IMG/VR virus record: IMGVR_UViG_3300009514_000888 | Coordinates: 122,299-186,298 of that record | Strand: one strand, 5' to 3' | DNA: 64,000 nt | DNA from: a virus | Part shown: positions 34,811 to 44,602 of the stretch, piece by piece | Layout of the letters: each line of letters opens with the position of its first letter | How positions within the stretch are numbered: position 1 is the stretch's first letter | Made by a program: the position numbers and the translations under genes | Notes under the pieces: model-generated | The model's database searches: none | Told to the model about the DNA's origin: nothing | Seen by the model: only the letters and a program-made list of their open reading frames with translations

Positions 34811-37558
34811 ATGAATATAAGGTCATATCTACAGGGTCTTTCCCATTCCAAGATTCTACGTTTTTCCTATGATGAGGAAGATGAGGGCTATGATCCTTTC
34901 GCTCCTTTGAAGGAAGACGATGATGATTATTTGGGACAATTAAGCGAGCAGGATAAGGTGTGGTTGCAGCAGAATATGCCAGGTGCCCAGCCTGCGCCTC
35001 CTGCGCCAGAGACTATGCCTGCGCCCGCTCCGGCACCTGTTGCTGATCAGGTCCAAGAGCCTGTCGAGCAGGAGCCAGCGCCGGACTATACGGGAGCGCA
35101 ACCTGGGACGCCAGAGCATCGCGAGGCCGTTTTTACGATGCAGGATGCGACATGGTCGCATGCTACGCATGATCCAAGCCCACAGCTCATGGCTTTTGAT
35201 CGCCTCCCAGGCAATCAAGAAGTATTTGACGACTGGGCTAGCCGTATTGCTGCCAAAGATCAATCAGGAGTGATGACTCCTGAAGTGGCCGCGATGAAAA
35301 TTCAAAAGTCCATGATTAAGCAATTGGGAACTCCCAAAGCCAGACAGCATCAGAGCGGACAACAGGGAAAAGGATTTGTAGATCAAAGGATGAGATTTTT
35401 TCGGGGGCTAGGAAATGAGATTCTGATACCGGGGGATGTTCGGACGGCCTTATATCAAAGGGGGATTGCCGCCAAGAACAGGGCAGACATGACGGAGGAG
35501 GAGATCGCCAGCGGGTTGCGCCCTATCTCAGATGCTAACGAAACAGGCAGGCTAGAGCCGGTTGAAGAAATCGATCCAGAAACCAACGAGTCGTTGTCAG
35601 TCCTGAGACTGTATTACCGGGATAAAGGCGGAACGTTGCGAAAATTGACACCAGATGATAAGTTGACTGATCGTAAACTTGGGAAACATCCTGATAATAA
35701 AAATCAAAAAGTATGGCTTGCCAGCGATCCTTCCATTGGAGATATTGGAGAGCTAGGATCAGAATGGCGATTATGGACGACGAGGGGCGCTAGAGACCCG
35801 GAAGTTAAGAATATTGTAGATGATGTTTTCACAGAGAATCAGGATGCGCTTCTCGCAGTTATGAGCGATCTGATTTATGGCTCATATCCTGATCCAGACC
35901 CATCCAGGGCTAACGACAAAAGCCAGCCAGGCGTTAGAAGTAGTAAGCGTATTTTTGATTGGATTGCCAGCGAAGTCCGTAGGACCAAGCTGGACAAGGC
36001 AGATATTGCTCATCGCGGTTTGGAATATGGAACAGGGGAGGGTAGGTCGCAAGAGATTGGAGAAGCAGGCGGGTTGCATGGAGCAGACATTCTTATTCGA
36101 GAAGAGGAGATGAATGCGGCCCTGGATACGTTGTCTAATCCAGATTCGTCTTTGGGGCAGGTAGCGTCAGCCGCGAAAGTTATGGATCAACTGGGCGAGC
36201 AGATACCGGATGATGTTATTGGTTCTCTAGAAGGGAACTTTGGCAAAGGACAGGTGGAAAAGCTTCTTCTTGGATTGACTAAGATTTCAGATAAAGATTC
36301 GGGAAAAAGCACTATTGAAGTAATGCAGCAACCCGTCTATCAGATGCTTGGCAATATCAGCGCATTGGCTCAAGAAGTTTCTGATATGATGAGAGTCATA
36401 GCTCCTCGCAAGATGCAATATGATCAAGCCCTGGGGCGTCCCAAGGCAGAGGACGGGTTCTTTCGGCTTCATGCTCGCGCCGACTTGATGGAGGCAGCCA
36501 ATGACTTCTCTATCAATATGGCTGAGCAATTGCTGGGTTCCGATCCCGCCAGAGTCAAGCACATCCTGGATATCATTGAGAAGGCAAGAAAAAAGAAGAG
36601 CGATGCTTTTAAGGTGACGCATCCAGATATGCCCAGGCTCTCATTGGAGTTTACGGGATTCAAGCCTGGAGAGGGATTTGACCCACAAGACTTAACGGTT
36701 GGCAACTATTCCACGCTATTGTCATACGGCCCTGGACTTACGGAGTTTATCAGAAACTATATTGATAGCAAAGATCAGTCTATTCGGCTCATGCGACAGG
36801 GATCGCCTGTCTCAGACGTTGCTGCACAAACAGGTCTGAGCATACCGGAGGTTGAGAGAACCGCAGAGATGGGGCCGCAGTTAATTCGCCAGTTACAAAG
36901 CCAGGCGTTCGCCCAGGGCGATATGGGCAAGCCCACATCGTTGTCAACCAATATGTCTTTCTGGACGCCAGATATTGTACCGTCCGTGGTATCGGTTATG
37001 GTCAAAGACGCTATCGATAATGGAGACAATCGCAAATATCCGCCCGAAACCAGGCGGGCAATGATGAATATGTTTGGAACCTTGGGAGGGTATAAAGACC
37101 CGGCTACAGCCAATTTCTATGGACAAGGATTTTCGGAAAATGCTATTTGGGGAGAGGGGGCAGGTGTTCGCAATTATCAGCTGTATCTCAAGGTTATGGC
37201 TGAGATCATGGGTGATTTGCCGGACCAGTCCGGTAAGCCCAGAAAAAAACAGATTGACCCAGAAGGATGGGATCGCATGCTTCAATCGCCTGCCCCCAGC
37301 CGACAGCTGGGAGACTGGGGCGCGATGCCTAGTTGGGGAGACGACCCAGAGAAGTTCTGGCGTGAATTGTCTACCAATATAATGAACATTCGCAAGCATG
37401 CTGGTCGGCAGATTCAGAAGATTTCCCAGGTTCGTGATCGCATGAAGTCGCTGCATCATTCTCAGAGTAGCGTTAGTTATTTGAACTACATGATAAAGAA
37501 TGTAGCGGATCAAGCGTCGGCTGAGATACGGTCGATCATTCAAATATATGCCAATTGA
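34811..37558 (+). CDS. Hypothetical protein (915 aa)
   Basis: Long ORF; acidic and Pro/Ala-rich N-terminal linker; HTH-like SPVSDVAAQTGLSIPEVER. Confidence 0.65.
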   Translation: MNIRSYLQGLSHSKILRFSYDEEDEGYDPFAPLKEDDDDYLGQLSEQDKVWLQQNMPGAQPAPPAPETMPAPAPAPVADQVQEPVEQEPAPDYTGAQPGTPEHREAVFTMQDATWSHATHDPSPQLMAFDRLPGNQEVFDDWASRIAAKDQSGVMTPEVAAMKIQKSMIKQLGTPKARQHQSGQQGKGFVDQRMRFFRGLGNEILIPGDVRTALYQRGIAAKNRADMTEEEIASGLRPISDANETGRLEPVEEIDPETNESLSVLRLYYRDKGGTLRKLTPDDKLTDRKLGKHPDNKNQKVWLASDPSIGDIGELGSEWRLWTTRGARDPEVKNIVDDVFTENQDALLAVMSDLIYGSYPDPDPSRANDKSQPGVRSSKRIFDWIASEVRRTKLDKADIAHRGLEYGTGEGRSQEIGEAGGLHGADILIREEEMNAALDTLSNPDSSLGQVASAAKVMDQLGEQIPDDVIGSLEGNFGKGQVEKLLLGLTKISDKDSGKSTIEVMQQPVYQMLGNISALAQEVSDMMRVIAPRKMQYDQALGRPKAEDGFFRLHARADLMEAANDFSINMAEQLLGSDPARVKHILDIIEKARKKKSDAFKVTHPDMPRLSLEFTGFKPGEGFDPQDLTVGNYSTLLSYGPGLTEFIRNYIDSKDQSIRLMRQGSPVSDVAAQTGLSIPEVERTAEMGPQLIRQLQSQAFAQGDMGKPTSLSTNMSFWTPDIVPSVVSVMVKDAIDNGDNRKYPPETRRAMMNMFGTLGGYKDPATANFYGQGFSENAIWGEGAGVRNYQLYLKVMAEIMGDLPDQSGKPRKKQIDPEGWDRMLQSPAPSRQLGDWGAMPSWGDDPEKFWRELSTNIMNIRKHAGRQIQKISQVRDRMKSLHHSQSSVSYLNYMIKNVADQASAEIRSIIQIYAN

Positions 37559-37739
37559 TGTTCCGAAAATACTGGTCACATGTTGTAATCGCAAATGTCG
37601 GTATACAACAAAAGAACCGGCTCTGGAAATTAATTTCTTGGAACACAAGATTTTGTTCATTTGCCCAGAATGTTCGATGGAATGCGAATTGTATTTGCAG
37701 GCTCCTGCGCCTCGTCTTCCCAGAACGCGGACTCAGTAA
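37548..37739 (+). CDS. Small zinc-ribbon-like protein
   Basis: CCNRKC and CPECS motifs; stop abuts next ATG. Confidence 0.55.
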   Translation: MPIDVPKILVTCCNRKCRYTTKEPALEINFLEHKILFICPECSMECELYLQAPAPRLPRTRTQ

Positions 37740-38312
37740 ATGTATTTCGTTGTCAATAGAACCAAGAAAGCAGTTGAAATAGCTGACATGAATCTCGTTA
37801 TTGCTCCCAGGCGCGGCGTTGATCTGGAAACGTTGCGTTCCAAGGACAAAGTCGCTAAATCCCAAGACCTTCGCAGGCTGCTCAGGTGCGGTATGCTTGA
37901 ATTGCGCAGCCCATCCAAGGGGAAAAAGAAGAAAACCGAAGCCGCATCTGCATCGAGCGTAGAGCTCAAAGAAATCAAAGATGAGATGAAGGAGCTGAAG
38001 GAGGCCATCAAGTCCCTAGGCTCTGGTAACAGCAGCCCAGAATTAACAGCTGTCTTGGCTCAGTTAGTATCAACCATGCAAAACCCGCCTGCACAAACCA
38101 TCATTAAGGAGATTCATCATGCGGCCGGGTCCGCTGGTCCTGATATGGTTGATGACACGCCTGATTTGGATGAGGAAACATTGACAAACATTCACGCCAG
38201 GGCGGTTGAAAAGATGGTTCGGAATACAGAGGGTAAGGTCAATTACAAAGAGCAGAAAATCCAAGATTCTGCGTCCGCCAGAGCCGATGAGCTGGATGGA
38301 CTTCTCGACTGA
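37740..38312 (+). CDS. Hypothetical protein with coiled coil, upstream of the actin gene
   Basis: 190-aa ORF; ELKEIKDEMKELKEAIKSL heptads. Confidence 0.65.
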   Translation: MYFVVNRTKKAVEIADMNLVIAPRRGVDLETLRSKDKVAKSQDLRRLLRCGMLELRSPSKGKKKKTEAASASSVELKEIKDEMKELKEAIKSLGSGNSSPELTAVLAQLVSTMQNPPAQTIIKEIHHAAGSAGPDMVDDTPDLDEETLTNIHARAVEKMVRNTEGKVNYKEQKIQDSASARADELDGLLD

Positions 38313-38326
38313 TGTCGATAATATAG
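38313..38326 (+). promoter_or_regulatory. Candidate phage promoter motif TGTCGATAATATAG
   Basis: Intergenic; similar to 23696 and 61429. Confidence 0.3.
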
Positions 38327-38389
38327 TGTTCAATAATTTATCTGAGAATCCCACACCCTTGCGGTGGGGTACTTCAAGAGGATAGCGTT

Positions 38390-39463
38390 ATGTCTAGAGT
38401 GATTTCGCTCGACCCTGGGACAATGTTTTTTCAAGTTGCGGAAGAAGACGCTTCTGGTAACATCAATATCAAGGTAACTCGCAATGCATTTGTTGAGCTA
38501 CCAGACTCGGAAGATGTTGAGGATATTTTGAAGCAGAATGATTGGCAATACGTAAAAGATGGAAAGCATTATTATGTGATCGGAGAGGACAGCCTGCGCG
38601 TTGCCAATATGTTTCCAGGTAAGGTGGAGCTGCGTCGTCCCATGCAGGACGGAGTTCTGAATAAGAATGAAGATATGAAAATGTTGATCCTTGCAGAAAT
38701 GATCAAAAGCTCTATTGGGCAGGCTCCCGACAAATCATCTATTGTTTGCACATGCGTATCATCTCCGTCCGTAGACGATTCTCAGGATAGCACATTTCAC
38801 AAGAGCCGTCTCAGCGGCATGATCAAGCAGCTGGGATATAATGTTAAGGTCATTGAAGAGGGGCACGCTGTTATCCTGTCAGAGCGCCCTTCTATGATAG
38901 AGGTTGTAGATGGAAAAACAGTAGAGTCCCCGTATAGCGGACTTGGCCTCAGCTACGGGGCTGGGAGGACGAATTGCGTATTAGCATACAAGGGGCTCCA
39001 GGTTGTGGGAGCCTCTTGCGCTCGTGGAGGGGACTGGCTAGATCAAAAGGTATCAGAAGCAACAGGCGTTCCCCAGTCCCAGGTTACTCGCAAAAAAGAG
39101 ACAGAGTTGGACTTCAATAATATCGATTGGAATGATGATGTCATTTATGCGCTGAATGCCTATTATTCTTCTTTGTTAGAGTTCGTATTCTCGAAGTTCG
39201 CCCAGCAATTTTCAAAGGTTAAGAGCCAATTTGAATCGCCTTTGCCGGTCGTGGTGGCTGGCGGAACCTCAATGCCCAAAGGGTTCTGCGATAAACTTTC
39301 GGAAGTAGTAAGTGGACTCGAACTGCCCTTCGAGATCAGAGATGTGACTCATGCGAGCGATCCTCGCAATGCGGTGGTCAAGGGCTGCCTGACCTGGGCG
39401 CTTATGGCGCACCGCAAGATGAAGAAAGAGAAAGGCGATGATATTACTCAGGCATTGGAGTGA
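38390..39463 (+). CDS. Actin-fold ATPase, volactin/MamK-like
   Basis: Phosphate-1 SLDPGT, RNAFVE, VIGEDSL..AN, RRPMQDGVL, connect-1 IEEGHAVI, phosphate-2 GLSYGAGRTN, ARGGDWLD, adenosine VVVAGGTSMPKGF. Confidence 0.88.
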   Translation: MSRVISLDPGTMFFQVAEEDASGNINIKVTRNAFVELPDSEDVEDILKQNDWQYVKDGKHYYVIGEDSLRVANMFPGKVELRRPMQDGVLNKNEDMKMLILAEMIKSSIGQAPDKSSIVCTCVSSPSVDDSQDSTFHKSRLSGMIKQLGYNVKVIEEGHAVILSERPSMIEVVDGKTVESPYSGLGLSYGAGRTNCVLAYKGLQVVGASCARGGDWLDQKVSEATGVPQSQVTRKKETELDFNNIDWNDDVIYALNAYYSSLLEFVFSKFAQQFSKVKSQFESPLPVVVAGGTSMPKGFCDKLSEVVSGLELPFEIRDVTHASDPRNAVVKGCLTWALMAHRKMKKEKGDDITQALE

Positions 39464-39471
39464 TAATTTAG

Positions 39472-40188
39472 ATGGGATATTGCACGTCCACGGAGGTTGA
39501 GGCGATCCTGGCCCAGGCGTTAACGAGCGCAACAACGGCTACTCTGGAGAGCAGGGGCAATCTTCTCCAAGTAGGCAAGGTGTTGGACAAGAACCTCGTT
39601 CCAACGAGCTTACTCGATCAATACATTCAGTTTTCGGGGCAGGTTATTGATGCGACGCTGAGTCATCAATACAAGACTCCCCTGTGCGAGCTAGCGGACT
39701 TTGAGGGTATTCTACAAACCGATATTGCGGACTATAATGCATTCATCATTTTGGAGAAGAACTGTCCGCTGACACCTGGGGATCATATTATCCTCACGGA
39801 CGGCGTCAATGAAGAGCGTCATGTGATTGAAGAGATTGTTGCCGAGGGCATTTATAGCACGGTAGACCCGATCTCTATGATCTTTGATGCAGGGACGCGG
39901 GTGCTGAGAGTTAAGTTCCCCGACCCGATTCCTTTGATTTGCGCGAGGATGTCTGCCGGGGATATCTATGACAAGTTTTTAATGTCTCAGCAGTCGCCTG
40001 ATAAGTCAGAATATGGAAAGCATCTGAGAAAATTGGCGCATCGAGATTTGAACAATGTTCTCAGGGGGATCACGGTTCTGCATGGACATCATCGTATTGG
40101 TCGTCGCCTTTATGACTCGAATATTCCTGCGCAGTATGACATTGAGAAGGGCGCGGATGTCAGCAAAGAAGTCGATGATGTCACATAA
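39472..40188 (+). CDS. Head-tail adaptor (Mu gp36/SPP1 gp15-like) with inserted domain
   Basis: MGYCTSTEVE, VIDATLSHQYKTPL, PIPLICARMSAGDIY pattern; position before tail genes. Confidence 0.6.
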   Translation: MGYCTSTEVEAILAQALTSATTATLESRGNLLQVGKVLDKNLVPTSLLDQYIQFSGQVIDATLSHQYKTPLCELADFEGILQTDIADYNAFIILEKNCPLTPGDHIILTDGVNEERHVIEEIVAEGIYSTVDPISMIFDAGTRVLRVKFPDPIPLICARMSAGDIYDKFLMSQQSPDKSEYGKHLRKLAHRDLNNVLRGITVLHGHHRIGRRLYDSNIPAQYDIEKGADVSKEVDDVT

Positions 40189-40199
40189 GGAGTCCTGTC

Positions 40200-40493
40200 A
40201 TGCCTGAAATGGAAGGGTTTGATGCTATCCATAAGTTTATTGAACAGCTCAATCGCCTCTCTCGCACTTCGAATATCACGATGGAAGAAGGCAAGATCAG
40301 GGGACAGGGTGTTGGGACGAAAGAGAACTTAGTCCAGAAGAGAGTCTCGGAAACAGCAGAGGAAGCAGATTTTGAGAATCGTTACACCGAGTCAAGGCTT
40401 GAAGGCGAGGGCAAGATGAGAATGTCAGAAGATGAAGTCAATAGGGTTATTAACAGAGCATTCGAAGATGTCTTGGAGCAGTTTTTCAAGTAA
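40200..40493 (+). CDS. Hypothetical protein (neck region)
   Basis: AAGGAG SD; 97 aa; coupled to next gene. Confidence 0.6.
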   Translation: MPEMEGFDAIHKFIEQLNRLSRTSNITMEEGKIRGQGVGTKENLVQKRVSETAEEADFENRYTESRLEGEGKMRMSEDEVNRVINRAFEDVLEQFFK

Positions 40494-41422
40494 TGGAAGA
40501 GATTCTAGACAGCGTGAGGCGAATTGTTCGCCGTTGGACGACAACAGCAACTACGCTGACATCGGATGCTGCTCCAGGGGATAGTATTCTCTCGGTTGCC
40601 TCCAGCAACCGCTTCCAGGTTGGCGATGAAGTACTGATCCACGATCCTCTACAATATGAAGTAGGGTTTTTTGTAGACGAAATTGTGGACGATACACATA
40701 TCAGATTATCGAATCCTATCTTGTATGATTGGACAGTGGATCAGAACTCCGTCTTAGAAAAGGCGATCAATCAGATGATCGTCAACGGCATCTACATTGG
40801 CGATCCTGAAGTCATTCCCATGTACCCTGCGATCACGGTCAACGGGATCAGCAAATCCTCGGAATGGTTGACGCTAGAAAGCGTGACCGAGCGATATGAG
40901 TTGGAAATCAACGTTTTTGTGTTGGAGTCGACGCATGAGGACGGTTATCGTTTTCTGCTCAAGATGGTGGACTCCATTCAGCATGGATTGAAGCGCAATA
41001 TCTATCCTTTGGTCAATGATTTTAGCACCACGACCTTGATTGCGGATGCCAGGGCGGGAGATACATTTATTAAGGTTAAGGATTCCAGTATTTTTGTGGA
41101 CAAAACAAGAGACGAAGGCACTTTTCCCAAAGATAGCTTCTTGCGTCTCTTTATTGAAGATCAGTTCAAGAATCAGGAATTGATCGTTAGAAGCGTCATC
41201 GACGAGACAACGATTGAGGTAGGCGATTTTATTTGTCAGGATTATGATGATAACGATACGATTTTGATTCAGCCCAAGCGTTTCATTTATAATTCATGGC
41301 CAGAGAGCATCACATACGGCAAGATTCACAAGGGAAGCCTCTTGCAGGCGGCTACAATCAGGTGGTTTGCCCAGGAAGAGGAATTGCAGGAGTTCAGGTT
41401 CCAAGACACACATTTGCGATGA
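40493..41422 (+). CDS. Tail terminator/completion-like protein with inserted beta domains
   Basis: YIGDP...YPAITVNG...YELEINVFV; two LTSDAAPGD/LIADARAGD repeats; position upstream of tail tube. Confidence 0.5.
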   Translation: MEEILDSVRRIVRRWTTTATTLTSDAAPGDSILSVASSNRFQVGDEVLIHDPLQYEVGFFVDEIVDDTHIRLSNPILYDWTVDQNSVLEKAINQMIVNGIYIGDPEVIPMYPAITVNGISKSSEWLTLESVTERYELEINVFVLESTHEDGYRFLLKMVDSIQHGLKRNIYPLVNDFSTTTLIADARAGDTFIKVKDSSIFVDKTRDEGTFPKDSFLRLFIEDQFKNQELIVRSVIDETTIEVGDFICQDYDDNDTILIQPKRFIYNSWPESITYGKIHKGSLLQAATIRWFAQEEELQEFRFQDTHLR

Positions 41423-41429
41423 AAACACT

Positions 41430-42593
41430 ATGAAGATTCTCACTATTGGTTCTTGTCCATATCTTCTCACCAACTTGGGCCGCCTTAACGCTAATATTCT
41501 AGAGCATTTGACAGTGGCTCATGAGGTTGCTTCTGCTGTTTGGCACCACGATGATGCCTACTTTATGCCTGGCGAGGATGGGCGATATATTCACGACCAT
41601 ACTGGGGTTGAGCTGTTCCCCTTCCAAAATGCACCTGAGATTGGCACAGCTCAGGTCTACGATATCATCCAGAAGTATGAGCCGGAAGTTGTCATAACGA
41701 TAGGAGATTATCATGAAGTCGCCTTCCTCCACCTGATCAAAGAGTTCCTACCAGATGCTTTCAAATGGGTGGCTGTTGTGGTATCTGCGGCAACTCCTGT
41801 TAACGAACAGTATTACAAGTTTCTGTCATCTATTGATGTGGCAATTTTGACCAATCATCAGAATATTAACACTTTTCAAATGCTGGGAATTGAATCATCC
41901 GTTCATTCGGTTGGTATAGAGAGGCTATATTCCCGTCCCTCTCAGGAAGCGGAGGATTTTCGAGTTCTTTGCGTGGGCAAGAACGCACATATCAGCAATA
42001 TTGCGATGTTCATGGCGGCTTTATCTGGTGTCAAAGATGAAATTCACGGCTATTTGCATACCAATCTGCATGACCCTGGGGATTATGACATTGATCTGTT
42101 ATGTCGTCGGTATGTCCTGGAGGGGCGGCTAGAGTTGCCTCAAACATATTCATCTATCAAACAAGGACTGTCACCGGAGGAATTGAATAGATTGTATGGA
42201 CGTTTTCAAGTTGTTGTGGACTGCTCGTTACGGTCGGCAACGGCAATGAGTGTTTTGGAGGCGATGGCAACTGGTTGCGTGCCTATCGTCAACCGCTGCG
42301 GGGCGTTGGCTGAGGTAGCTGACGCTTTTGAGATGAGCCGTTTGGAAAGCGAGCCTTTTATTTCCGAACGAGAAGAAGAACTGTGGATACCTTCTCTGCA
42401 TGGGTTGGTTCGCGAGCTAGAATGGCTTTATTTTTTGTGGAAGGAGAATAGAGGCTTATTCCAGAAACGAAAGGAGTTGGCAGAGAATATTGCTAAAAGA
42501 TTTGATAGGAAGGACTTTGTAAGAGAAGTAGAACAAGTAATAAATCAGGTGACCAAAAGAAATAACCCTATTTTGAGTGTTGAGAAAATCTAG
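41430..42593 (+). CDS. GT4-family (GT-B) glycosyltransferase
   Basis: MKILTIG start, IQKYEPEVVITIGD, LCVGKN, EELNRLYGRFQVVV...SVLEAMATGCVPIVNRCGALAE (EAMAxG motif). Confidence 0.85.
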   Translation: MKILTIGSCPYLLTNLGRLNANILEHLTVAHEVASAVWHHDDAYFMPGEDGRYIHDHTGVELFPFQNAPEIGTAQVYDIIQKYEPEVVITIGDYHEVAFLHLIKEFLPDAFKWVAVVVSAATPVNEQYYKFLSSIDVAILTNHQNINTFQMLGIESSVHSVGIERLYSRPSQEAEDFRVLCVGKNAHISNIAMFMAALSGVKDEIHGYLHTNLHDPGDYDIDLLCRRYVLEGRLELPQTYSSIKQGLSPEELNRLYGRFQVVVDCSLRSATAMSVLEAMATGCVPIVNRCGALAEVADAFEMSRLESEPFISEREEELWIPSLHGLVRELEWLYFLWKENRGLFQKRKELAENIAKRFDRKDFVREVEQVINQVTKRNNPILSVEKI

Positions 42594-42673
42594 GGTTTCC
42601 AAGGTCGAAAAAAGGAGGAGTCGTACTCCTTCGGAATAAGAAAGAAAGACACTCCAGTTAAGGAGACAGTGAA

Positions 42674-43045
42674 ATGGCGGTTATTTCTGGCTCTGACTAT
42701 TTGACCATAACGGTCCAGTACGGCGAAGCTCGCAAAAAGAGGCTGTCAGGCAAAAACGATCTTTTTGATGCGGTCTACACCGTAGTTACCCTTCAGGCGA
42801 TTGTTCCAGAGGTTGATCTGCTGCAAGAGTTTTGGCAGTCATACCTTGTGAATACAGACCTTCTGGAAAGTTCCACTCTGCTCTTGGGCGCTATTCGAGC
42901 ATTGCAGGAACACGTTCTGAGAGAGGGGGATTTTTCAAAAGTAGACAACTACCTCGATGATCAGGGTCTCACGGTCAACAATGACTTTGCGGCATTGTCA
43001 GCGGATGCAGGGTTCCCCATCGATTCGTCTAACATTGATAGCTAA
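42674..43045 (+). CDS. Hypothetical protein (tail region)
   Basis: AAGGAG SD; 123 aa. Confidence 0.6.
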   Translation: MAVISGSDYLTITVQYGEARKKRLSGKNDLFDAVYTVVTLQAIVPEVDLLQEFWQSYLVNTDLLESSTLLLGAIRALQEHVLREGDFSKVDNYLDDQGLTVNNDFAALSADAGFPIDSSNIDS

Positions 43046-43112
43046 TAATTCCCATAGTTTGAACTGGCTGTGGTAAAGAATAAATAGATAAGAAAAATGG
43101 AGTAAGATACAA

Positions 43113-44012
43113 ATGGCGACCCCTCCTGCATTTATGGGATACGTGGGCTTCGTAAAGATTGCGGGCGCGGTTGTTCGCGCCAGGTCCGCCGACCTCCGTT
43201 TGAGCCAAGAAGTTACCAAGCCAGATGTTGTTGACGGCAGCTTCGACCGAACCGTCTATCAGCTGGGTCCGAAGATCGTTGGCGGCTCGGTCGAATTTCC
43301 GGCGGTTATGGCTGACGTTGCGAACGACCCTACATCCACGCTTGCTGACTTGGCGATTACGCGACAAGGTCTTGAGGCCCGTCTCAAGAAAACCAGTATT
43401 CAGGTTAAGTATACTACCAGTAATGCGCAATTTCTTTACACCAACTGCATCATTAATACCTTCCGCTTCGCCGTAGCCCAGTCAGATGTGGTGAGCATTA
43501 CGGCAGAAGTTCTTGGCGAGGATCGTATTCCGGCCTCGCTGACTACGCCCAATTTGATTAACTCTCGTATCGTTACCTGGAATGACGCCGTTGTCACCCT
43601 AACCACCGAGGGCGGCGTTGTTAAGGGCGAATACGTCCGATCCTTCGATGCAACAATTAACAACAATGCTGAGCGTTACTACACTTTGAATGGCAAACTG
43701 GCTCCGCAAGATATCCAGGCGCGTAAGCGCGATGTGGATGGAACCGTCGTTATACTAGGCCGTCACCCCACGCTCGGCGAAGACGCCCTGGACAACGAAC
43801 AGCGTTGCCGCAATACAGGCCAGATTGTCTTTGGTTATGATCTCATTCGAGAGAACTGCGCAGGCGTTTTTAAGGTCACGCTGCCTAATATCGTATTCGA
43901 GATTGAAGAAATCTCTCTAACGAACGATATTTTTGAAACAACTGTCACCTGGCATGCCTTCCCAAATAGCAATATCAACCTTGAAAACATTGTGGTTGAT
44001 ACTGGCACCTAA
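43113..44012 (+). CDS. Major tail tube protein (probable)
   Basis: Beta-rich 299 aa with tube-like pattern (DLRLSQEV...GGSVEF; SFDATINNN...RDVDGTV); upstream of chaperone and tape measure genes; followed by hairpin. Confidence 0.7.
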   Translation: MATPPAFMGYVGFVKIAGAVVRARSADLRLSQEVTKPDVVDGSFDRTVYQLGPKIVGGSVEFPAVMADVANDPTSTLADLAITRQGLEARLKKTSIQVKYTTSNAQFLYTNCIINTFRFAVAQSDVVSITAEVLGEDRIPASLTTPNLINSRIVTWNDAVVTLTTEGGVVKGEYVRSFDATINNNAERYYTLNGKLAPQDIQARKRDVDGTVVILGRHPTLGEDALDNEQRCRNTGQIVFGYDLIRENCAGVFKVTLPNIVFEIEEISLTNDIFETTVTWHAFPNSNINLENIVVDTGT

Positions 44013-44042
44013 TTCGTCTAGCCCTCCTAAATTCTCTATAGA

Positions 44043-44070
44043 ATAACACAGCCCTCAGGGGCTGTGTTAT
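44043..44070 (+). terminator. Perfect 12-bp hairpin, probable terminator/attenuator after tail tube gene
   Basis: ATAACACAGCCC-TCAG-GGGCTGTGTTAT; weak U-tract. Confidence 0.55.
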
Positions 44071-44146
44071 ATCTTCCTTAATCCGTTGCAGGGTGTCTCT
44101 CCAATATGTCGATTCACATTATGGGCTTTTTGATAAGGAGAAAAGC

Positions 44147-44602
44147 ATGTCAGACGAACTAGGGCTAGCTCTTTTCAGCGAGAAAGAGGACGTTGTAGGC
44201 GTTCCGCTTTACTATCAGATCAAGAAAAACAAGCACGGTATATCTCGTATTGTAATCTTGGATAATAATAAGGCGGAAGAGTTGATGTCCAAGAATGACA
44301 ACGAGGCGGATGTCAAGGTATTAAACACCAAGTGGCGGCAAGCACGCTGGGGAGACCAGAATACGTTAGTGAAGCAATGCCAGAAGATCAATGCAGCTAC
44401 GGGGGCGACAGAGGTTGATTGGACTAAATTCAGAGATATGCGGATCAAGCAACTACTGGTAGATTGGGATATTACGATGCATGGCAAGAAGGTGGATGTC
44501 ACGGTTGATGCTATCGATAAGCTGCCTGCGGAACTGGTTTTGGGGCTGTATGAGAGATATGATGCGGCGACATCATTCGATGAAGCTGAAATGGAAAAAT
44601 AA
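44147..44602 (+). CDS. Tail assembly chaperone (G-like)
   Basis: AAGGAG SD then ATG 44147; between tube and tape measure genes; ends ATG GAA AAA TAA at a slippery run. Confidence 0.7.
   Translation: MSDELGLALFSEKEDVVGVPLYYQIKKNKHGISRIVILDNNKAEELMSKNDNEADVKVLNTKWRQARWGDQNTLVKQCQKINAATGATEVDWTKFRDMRIKQLLVDWDITMHGKKVDVTVDAIDKLPAELVLGLYERYDAATSFDEAEMEK

Noticed and set aside
42614-42632. 8-bp hairpin GGAGGAGT-CGT-ACTCCTTC after the GT4 gene
   Set aside because: Three-nt loop and no U-tract; cannot distinguish a regulatory element from chance.
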